64,000 bases of DNA, taken from the NCBI GenBank assembly GCA_002633005.1, contig NMRA01000147.1, positions 372,001-436,000 on the forward strand, read 5' to 3'. The notes beneath the pieces were generated by a model. It had not been told where the DNA came from. It did no database searches and saw only the letters and a list, made by a program, of their open reading frames with translations. Of the stretch, positions 55,441 to 64,000 are shown in pieces. Position 1 is the first letter of the stretch; every line of letters starts with the position of its first letter. The DNA is from Phoronis australis (taxonomy: Eukaryota; Animalia; Phoronida). Made by a program: the position numbers and the translations under genes.

Positions 55441-58400
55441 TCAGAAGGGCCTTGTGTTCTGTATCAGCTGCAGTGGTACAGAAGAGGGTCTGGAAGAACT
55501 GGTGGCAAAGACAGACAATCCGCTGATGTTGCGGACCTCGGCATCTTCAGCAGCACATGACTTTGACGCTTCATGTAAAAGTGCATGAGCAAGTGTGGTG
55601 AGGGAACCGTTGTCAGGTTTGACGTCTGACAGATTATCGTAGGACTTTGTCCTCGATACAGGAACGCTTTGTTCTGCTTTACTCCAGATGTCTGAGCCAT
55701 CTCTTGTTGTTGAGAAAGGACTTTGTTCACTGTGAGCCTGGTATGATGGAAAAGTGTCGCCTTGTCTTGCCGACCTCTGCCGATGTCTGTAGAAAGGGTT
55801 GGCAAACAGAGACTCACTTCGTTCACATATCACCCACATGGATGCCGGGTCAAAGAAGCCATGTTCGTTCTAAAATTGGATAAATACTCGGAAGTAACAA
55901 CATATTATACTTTCACATTTAGTGAAAATGCTTGTCCTCATGGTAAAAGACAGAAGAATGCCACCAGCAATACTAAAGAAGATAAGAGATATTCAATTTT
56001 CAAATAACTCATCACTTAATTTGTCTTCATGGCTCCTCTCAAAACCTCTGTAGGAAACAGCAAACCAATGTTTCTTAGGTTTTTCAGGACCTTTCACAAT
56101 ACTTCAACATTTCATAGTTTTACGCACCTTTTCTAAGCAGACTTCAGGCAGAACCGCAGTCAAAAATTTCCAGTCAGATGGCACCACCTTAGCTAGGTCA
56201 GACTGGGCTATTGCAAGAATCTCTTCCCTCTTGTATTGTCTCATTTCTCTACTAGAGGGCTCTGCAAAACCACAACTACAGTTGAGCATATTTCCCGAAG
56301 GTCGTCTCAATCATATTTGTCCTCCGTTATGCCCAAAAAAGTTGAGAAACTAATTGAAAGATTACATTACATTTATATTTTGTGGTTTCAAATTAATGGA
56401 GGTACAAGAACTGCTCTTAATTAAAAGGTGGTTAGATTGCGAGTAAAACGTTTTGGCCAGGGGACAAAAAACAACCACAAAAACATGTCTAAAACAGACA
56501 GACTGCATTAAACAATTTAATGACCATACACAATGCAGATAAATGAAGGACATGATACTCTGGCAAGGTCGAAGAGCCTATTATCTTCGTTAAATCAAGA
56601 CGCTGGCCTTCTACTGAGATCAGGGACTCCCACTCCCTCCACATGCAACACTGTCCTGCTTACAGGGTTATCCAAAAGCAGGCAACAACAGCTTGACGGC
56701 CAGTCATTTGTCGGCAAACGACCACAGAGTGCAGTTCAAATCATACAAATCACCATACAATGACTCTGAGTTAGTGACTGACTACATAATACAGAGGCTA
56801 TGAACCATTTGTTTCCTATCGCTATAGAGTTAAAGAACCTTCTGTATTACAGACATGCTCTATTACCAGACTTTTTGTTTGGGGTCCATCTGGCTGCTGC
56901 TTGTCTTTTCTTCTTTGTCAAAGCAAAATTGTACCTCCTGTCTGCCGCTGACCCCAGACCTTTGGGTTGGTTAGCTTCAATGGAGGCGATGTGCTTCTCG
57001 GAGTAATGGGGCTGAAGAGGGAACCTCATCAGGGTCACCCACTTTCCCTTGCCAGAGAGGCAACGTTCTGAAAAACAGGTGTTCATGTGAAGATGTCGAA
57101 ATATTTGTATCTGCAGTACATTAATGGCCGCATTGTTGAAATTGCCATTTACAGAGACCGAGTCAACCCCAGTCTCTCATTCTACATTATAACAAACATA
57201 TTTTTAAAAAAACTATTCCTTTCTCATAATATTGAGAGTCAAATCTCGACCATATTTACCTCTGAAACCAAAGTAATGGGCACAATGCAAAACTAATTAT
57301 TGAATAGTTACGTAACCAATTAAGATATGACACAAGATTATTTCTTTTGAAATTTGCACTGCATCATTCCCACACATCAATATGTCATTCGTTTTTTGAC
57401 AGGCAATGTTTCAATCATTCATATTGTATAGTTTGAACTACCAACAAAAGGAGGGAGTTTGCACTATCTATTATGTAAAATGCATCGTTTGCACAAACTC
57501 CGTCTCCCCCGCTCCACTACAGACCTTCGTTGCGCCCGTTTCAGCACTGCCTTGGTCTCAGGTATTGCACCGCCCCCTATTTGGACTCGAGGTGTTCTAT
57601 TTTTTTCTTGCGGGCCGTTTTTTCGCGGACGCAGAGGGAGGGTGGCCAGTTTCGTACTGGCCTTGGTGACGTCAGTCGGTCGGCTCAAAGGCCTGGTTGA
57701 CGTCACTCCATCAGCTTAATTTCACTCCCTCCGGCCTGTCGCCGCCAAAACTAATGATCCCTCATTGAAAAATTTTTACTCTTCATTGAGTAAACTAGAT
57801 TATTTACCCGGGCGTTGGAAAATTGGAGTTCTTCAGTTATTCTGCTGTTAAAATTGCAATGCGCTCTTTGGATGCCATTGCGTCGGGCCAACTGTTCTTC
57901 AATCAACTGCGGAGGTTGCGTTCATGTCATAACAATCGGAAGTGGTTTCATTTCGTTACAAGTTTTTACTATTTTAATACCAAAAAAACCAATTTCAGAA
58001 AGTACTCTCGAGAGATATCACAAAGTTTTGGGAAATGGCGCGTATGTGGGCGTGTCACGAGATTGCACTGTTTTCAAAACGACGACAGATAGGATTCTTA
58101 GTTTTCACTTTAAACTGAAGAATATAACTTTGTGTTACAGCAGGGTCAAATGTTCTGGAAAGAAATTCGTACTGCCTAGGGGAAGAATCCCACAGCCGCA
58201 CACCTTAATTGCCTACTAAAATCTGACAGGTGACAGAAATTCTGCTTGAAGCTTTGAACACGGTCTCTTCAAGAAGTATTCCTGTCTCTTGCGATGAACA
58301 CTCGATTGGTTCACTCTTAGGTGTAGCTATTTCCCCTCGGCATTTCCCACTAGCTTTCGCACGGGTAATGGCTAGTGATTCAATATCTTATTCAGAATTT

Positions 58401-61400
58401 TCGACGTCTTTGATGACATTCATACGGCCCGTCAGACCTAGACTTTTGGTGGGTATATTTTCAACGTGTATTTTCTCGTAATTTTCAAGCTGCTTAGCTA
58501 CTTGAATGAACATTTTAACTAGAGAGCACTAATTCAACTTTCGCGTCAGCAATCTGGCCTTGTGCCAAATTTTTTTAACTTTGGGTCATGGACTTCAATT
58601 CCGTAGGTCACAGGTGACCGGGTGACTAGATCTGGTGAGCACCCACCCCAAATTTCCTGAAATTTCCGATTTAAGCATTCATCTCTTCAGGCTGAGCACC
58701 CACCCAACACCATTTCTAAGCTGCCCAATGAAAGCGCCCAGGACATTAACCCTGAATGTTTACAGCATATATCTCTACAAACACAGCACTCAAAGTGCAC
58801 ATAGCCAACCAGCACGCTTTGACAGATGAAGTCTACTAGAGACACCATGCGTGACAGATGAAGACTACTAGAGACACCACGTGTGACAGATGAAGACTAC
58901 CAGAAACCATGTGACATCCAGATGATGAATGCAGTCAAGAAAAATGCAGAAAAATTAAGTCAAGTACTGGTCAGAAATTTGCTTACTTGAGTCAGCAACG
59001 TTGCCTCAGTTGATCACAGACTTGAGCTTGGCTATACTGGTGTTATTATTTTTCTGGCCAATAGAAAGCAAATTCCAGTATTTGACTAAATTTTTCTGTA
59101 TTTTGTTACCTCAACTGGGTGTTTCAAAACTTGCATGCCTTTAATGCAGTCCAGACTACAAGGAGTCTACCAACATTACATACCCCTCGTTTCTCTTGAG
59201 CTTTCCTCTCTTATGTACTCTGTTTGCTTGACAGGTGGAATAGCATGCATCAATGTTGGAGGACTGAAATCCCCAATTCCTTCAGGTTTCACTTGAAACC
59301 TCAATTTTCCTCTGTCGTGTTTCGTGTGCAAACTTAGGTTGTCCATTTGAGAAGACAAGTTTTCAGTGTCAGCTCTCACTTGAAAGCTATCCGTTTCACT
59401 CATGTCAATGGCTGTGCTGTGAGCAATGTCAACGACTGCAAGACAACATTACGAGATACTTGAGATGCAAAAAAGTTAACATTTTGAAGGACCACTAATT
59501 AAAGGCGCTTCTGGTCAGTTTGGCATTACGATAACAATTATTTTGAGACTTTTGGGCCATTTCTGTCATCTGAAAATTACGTCAACCCTGCTCTTCTCAG
59601 TAGGAATACATCTGCCAAATTTCATTGTGATCCTTTGAGCTCTTTGGCATACAGAGAGTTGGACGCCACAAAACAAGACTAAAAACAGTTAAGATGGCCA
59701 CTAAGTCACAGAATACGCCATGAAAAGAACCCCATGTTGATACCCTCACCAGTTGACTGGTCCACTTGCTTCAAAATGTGTCGGCAATCTTCAAAGGAAC
59801 CACTAGTTGCAGGCAATAACAGTGCCTGTGGACGCCACAGGCTGCTGATGTTATTGTTCTCTTGATGAGACCATCAAAAATCATGAATTTTTGTTTTGAA
59901 AGTTTTTAAATATAATATTTGAATAGTTTGTGAAGAATAGGCGAGGTTAGGTTTATGAATTTTGAAAATCAGACAAGGAATGTCACTTTTACAACCTTAA
60001 GTTTTTGAAGAATGTTGCCAATAATCTGGTTCTGATTAATTCTTACGGGTCTGCAACATAATTAGGCCATTTACCACTGAAATCAACAAGCAGTAGTTGG
60101 AAATTGGGGTAAGCCAAGTGTACGATTCTTGGCAAGGTCAAATCCATTCAAAAACGGAGAACGTGAAAAATAAATTGCCACCAGGGGCACAGCATTAGTC
60201 AGCTCTGTGCAAAAATTTGCTAATGCCAGCAAAACATGACATACATTCATCAAATGTTTTGGAGATACAGCAGCAGACGCTGGATGCCACAACCAGATGG
60301 ACAGGTGCTCGGACAGGGATTACAGCACAATGCGCCAAATGTGGGGTGCATAAAAATATTTCCACATCCAATAGAAGTCTTGATTAGTAGTTCAAGAAGC
60401 CATCTTTAGAAGGCAAAGAAATATCAACGGTAATTTAAAAACAGCTTTTCAATGTACAACTTGAGATATAACTATGAAATTCAGAATTTAATTGTTGTTA
60501 CAATGTGTTCCACAGAGTATCAGCTACTAAAATAAAACACACACACTGCCAATTACCGTTATTAAAGTCTTCATCTCGGCTATTATCCAAAATCTCGTAG
60601 TCCACAAGAGGAGTGACACGTAACCCTGAGCCACTTGACACGGATTGACATGGTCGCAGGAAACTACTGTTGTTATTGTTGCGGAACACTGCTGGTTTCT
60701 GCTATAAAAATTCCAAGTAAAAGACATTAACATTTATGTGGACCCAGCCACAATGTCTAGAGGACACACCCATGTGACAGCCCTAACAACCCGGTTAAAG
60801 GGCGACATTTTGGGTCGTGGCTGGGGGAGTAAAAGACTTCAAGCAATTTAAAGTGAACGTACTAGCACATGGTATGAATACCACCAGTGAAATGGGCTGT
60901 AATGACACAATTTAAAATGCACACAGCACTAATTAGGTCAAACCAATGTAAACTTCAAATCAGAATCAATCAAGTTAGGAGAAGTGAACCTTACAGTTGC
61001 TGAAGCAGTCAACCAGAGATTATAATTTCTTAATTGCATTTCATTTTCTACTCAACTTTTTGTATGTGTATTCTGCCAATAAATTACATTTCGCCAACTT
61101 TGTTCTCCTTTTCATCTCTGGTAAATAAGCTTGTGATGCACATACTTCTATTGTTGCTACACACGTCGATCATAAATATATCACGTGTAATAAGGAATGC
61201 CAACTCACAGTATAAAAACACTACTAGAGGATTACGTCACAAAACATGAATACATTTATAATGGTTTTACAAGATGGCACCGCACTGGGGCTCATTAAGG
61301 TGACTGTACACGATTCATAAAATTTGTACCTCTGTGCCTCCGGCAGACCTTAACACATGTGGTGTGCTGCTCAGAAGTTTTCTTGTGTCCAAGGCAGTCT

Positions 61401-63135
61401 TGCTTAAAGAATCCGACTGAACCTACAACAGTTACACCATTATGTAATAATGCACAGCAACGCAGTAGGTTTTAGAGTTTTCACTTCAATGAAACGTCAC
61501 CATATCAAGGGCTAGCTCCATAAACGCTGTGTTGTTTCCCCAATACATTCACAAACATTAACATTTTTGAGAAATTTTGCTTCATACGACATCGCAGAGG
61601 GGACATGTCATTTACTACATAATTATAGGGCACTATAATATAAGGCCTTTTCATACTGACTTAACTCCGGTCTAAGCGGAGCGTCGACAATAACTGCAAA
61701 GTTAACTAAACTGTTCATACATCGAAGTAAATGGCAGGTGACGCTGTTGTTATCGAAGTAATCGCACGTTAAATATTTTTTTAATGTGACAATTTGGGAA
61801 CATTTACATGTGCTAATTGACATAAAACTTATTTTTAATTCTATTGGTGATTATTCAAGCAAAATATAAGCGACTATTAGCGACTAAACTACCCTTAAAT
61901 TGTTGATGATAACAGTGGCACCTGGTGATAGCTTCGATGGGACCGAAGATGACCATTCGTACTGCACCGCAGCATTGACGCTGCGCTATTAAATCCACCT
62001 GTTAACTGCGATGTTCATTGGCGCTGTTAACTTCGATCCAGGACCAGCATTCATACAGACTGCAATTCCCCCAAACCATAGACGCGTAGACGTAAGTATG
62101 AAAGGCCCTTTAGTGTATTCACACTAACTAAACCACACTTTATAACTGTTACCCTCACAGCTGTTACTGTTTAAACCAGGGCTTGGAATGACCAATAAGA
62201 AAAAAAGAAGAAAATTTTCCAGGTGATGTATCATTCCAGAAATACATCAGATTGCGTGATAGAAATTTTTGTTGTAAAATTTAACTGAAATAAACATTTT
62301 TGGATGAATAAAGTCAAATCAATGATAAAAAAAGAAAAAAGATGAAACTGGAAATCAAATAAGACGAAGTCAAAACCAAAAAAGAGGAAATCCTCTTAAA
62401 AGACGAAAATTCCAAGCCCGGTATTACGCTGATTGTGATTTTATACCCTGTTCACACCAAAGTGGTATAAATTTTAAAACTGATTTAAGAGTTATAACTC
62501 TCGGCGTGAACACTTTAAAACTGCATTTAAAAGATATAACTGCAGCGCGGTTATAATGTTCTGTGAGGTTTGGTGAGAGGTTATAACCGGTGTAACTCGG
62601 TATGAACACGGCAGTTGGTTAAGTTATAACTGTCTAATCTCTCAGGAAACAATGGCGCACAGAGGCAGCTGTTGTGAATCAGAAAGCAATAGCACTGACA
62701 ACTAGTGACTAAAATCACAAACTAGGGTTACGGTTTTAACTGTTGGTGGGAACGATAACGATTACATACCAGTTACTATAGAAAGAGTTACGACCCGGTT
62801 TAGTTGGCTTAAATGAAATTTTAATTGGTCTGAACACGTCTTTTGTCGTCAGAGGACAGTGCCATTCAGTTTGTTCCGTATACACTGTGTTATGACTTTT
62901 TACAACTGCAATGACCATTCACACAGTTACAATACACTACAACAACCACAGCTTCCTGGTGTGCCATGCAGTACCTTGTCAGCTATACTGGATGAGTCCT
63001 CAATGAATGACGTGTTTAGTCCCCTGGTGGCATCTACCGTAGTGACATCTGCTGGTGAACGTTCATTGGACAGGAAATAGGACATCAGCACTTCCTTGGC
63101 TTCCTGGGTGAAGAAAACATGGAATCGGAGCCTTC
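55441..63135 (-). CDS. Uncharacterised Ser-rich protein with a C8orf88/4E-T-like YxxxxL-phi-type motif (5' end uncertain)
   Basis: Phase-consistent exons 62975-63103(or 63135), 61330-61422, 60557-60701, 59184-59435, 56867-57067, 56128-56261, 55441-55869, all GT-AG and open; contains MRQYKREEILAIAQSDLAKVVPSDWKFLTAVLPEVC. Confidence 0.75.
56128..56261 (-). CDS. Exon encoding the candidate eIF4E-binding motif (YKREEIL...P.DW......PEVC)
   Basis: ttttgcag|AG CCC TCT...GAA AAG|gtgcgt. Confidence 0.8.
58820..58925. repeat. ~32-bp minisatellite x3 (gacagatgaag.ctactagagacacca.g.gt)
   Basis: Three tandem diverged copies. Confidence 0.8.
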
Positions 63136-64000
63136 CTGAACTCAGAGGAAGTACAGTTTGACGGAGGTATGATAGCCCAAAATTATTTCCCAGAGAAGCA
63201 AATCTTTCAAGACAAGTGATTTTAATCAATGTTTTGTAATTATATTTATAAATCGGTTGAATACATGACACTTGTTGTTATTAACAATCTTTATTCCGTT
63301 CCGTTCGTATCCTCGGAACAAAGTTCGACACTCACAGAACTTTGGTGAAGCAACTGACCAATAGACATGATTGAACGACGCATGATATTTACAAATACGT
63401 AAAAACACCATGACACACAAAATTTTAAATTCTAAGTCGGTTTTCAAAACCTGCATTCACCCAGTTTATAGTTGAACTTATGAACCCGCTCAGCATGATA
63501 TTACTATTGTTTTTCATACAATAGCAGACTTTGCGAGCAAATATACAATGCTGTGCTAATGAACGATTCAACTGGATTTAAACAAAAATTAATCAGCAAC
63601 AATAATATAATAGACAAAGTAAACTTTCAGTCTCACTACAAATCACACGGGTCATAGTCCCAAAAACAAAAAAATACAAGTCTTGTAGGTGACAATTCCA
63701 ACATAAACTGACTGAAGTGAAGAAACCAGATATACTCGTTATCCAATCATGACACTTGCCGAACCAATGACAAGCGTCGAGAACTTTTGCATACCTTAAT
63801 GAGCTGTCTGTTTGGACAGGTGAGAACGAGGAATTCATTTCCTACTTGTACCTTGTAGTGAAATACGACACTGTCACTCTGAAATAGAACATTCAAGCTG
63901 ACGATACTACCACACTAACATTATGTAATAGCACAGCTTATTGAAAAGACGACACTGTCGCTCTCCAACAGTTGAGTCCATTGATACGACAATGCTGTCA

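Noticed and set aside
57400-58600. GC-rich intronic block with several 80-134 aa ORFs
   Set aside because: No recognisable domain or defined termini; probably a repeat fragment.
62110-62612. Possible Harbinger-type MITE (gtgtattcacac ... gtatgaacacggc)
   Set aside because: Inverted match too weak to set boundaries.

Overview
Eukaryotic (AT-rich, intron-rich, most likely marine invertebrate animal) genomic DNA; the organism cannot be fixed from the sequence alone. Three spliced host genes can be reconstructed by hand from splice sites, phases and motifs: (1) a chitin synthase on the minus strand (about 16 exons between ~350 and 16004, a possible first exon at ~26.4 kb, 3' end running off the left edge; CATMWHET, HIFFDDAF, RKRWSQ, LDGDVDF, QKFEY, GEDRW, QRRRW and WGTRE all present; one GC-AG intron); (2) a TMEM55/PIP4P-family lysosomal membrane gene on the plus strand (6 clear exons, 45838-51134) with CX5K in place of CX5R and no identifiable N-terminal exons; (3) an uncharacterised, low-complexity protein on the minus strand (55441 to ~63.1 kb) with a C8orf88/4E-T-like candidate eIF4E-binding motif. 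Between 18 and 42 kb lie several decayed DNA transposons: an IS3EU-like element carrying a spliced SAM + HECT-like second gene, two Academ(X)-like elements with long TIRs (one with a clean TAG..CTA/CGA TSD, one holding a nested, apparently TSD-less element), and a THAP + DDE_Tnp_4 (ISL2EU/Harbinger-like) remnant. Also present: a solo-LTR candidate, LINE 3' ends, tRNA-derived SINE heads, hairpin MITEs, a cluster of CTCF-like motifs, micro/minisatellites and three single-N assembly joins (5062, 6479, 29504). No CRISPR array, rRNA or intact tRNA was found. I found no single clear-cut new system; the best leads are the transposon-borne SAM-HECT cargo, the candidate 4E-binding protein, the atypical TMEM55 and the CTCF-like motif cluster with its hairpin element.
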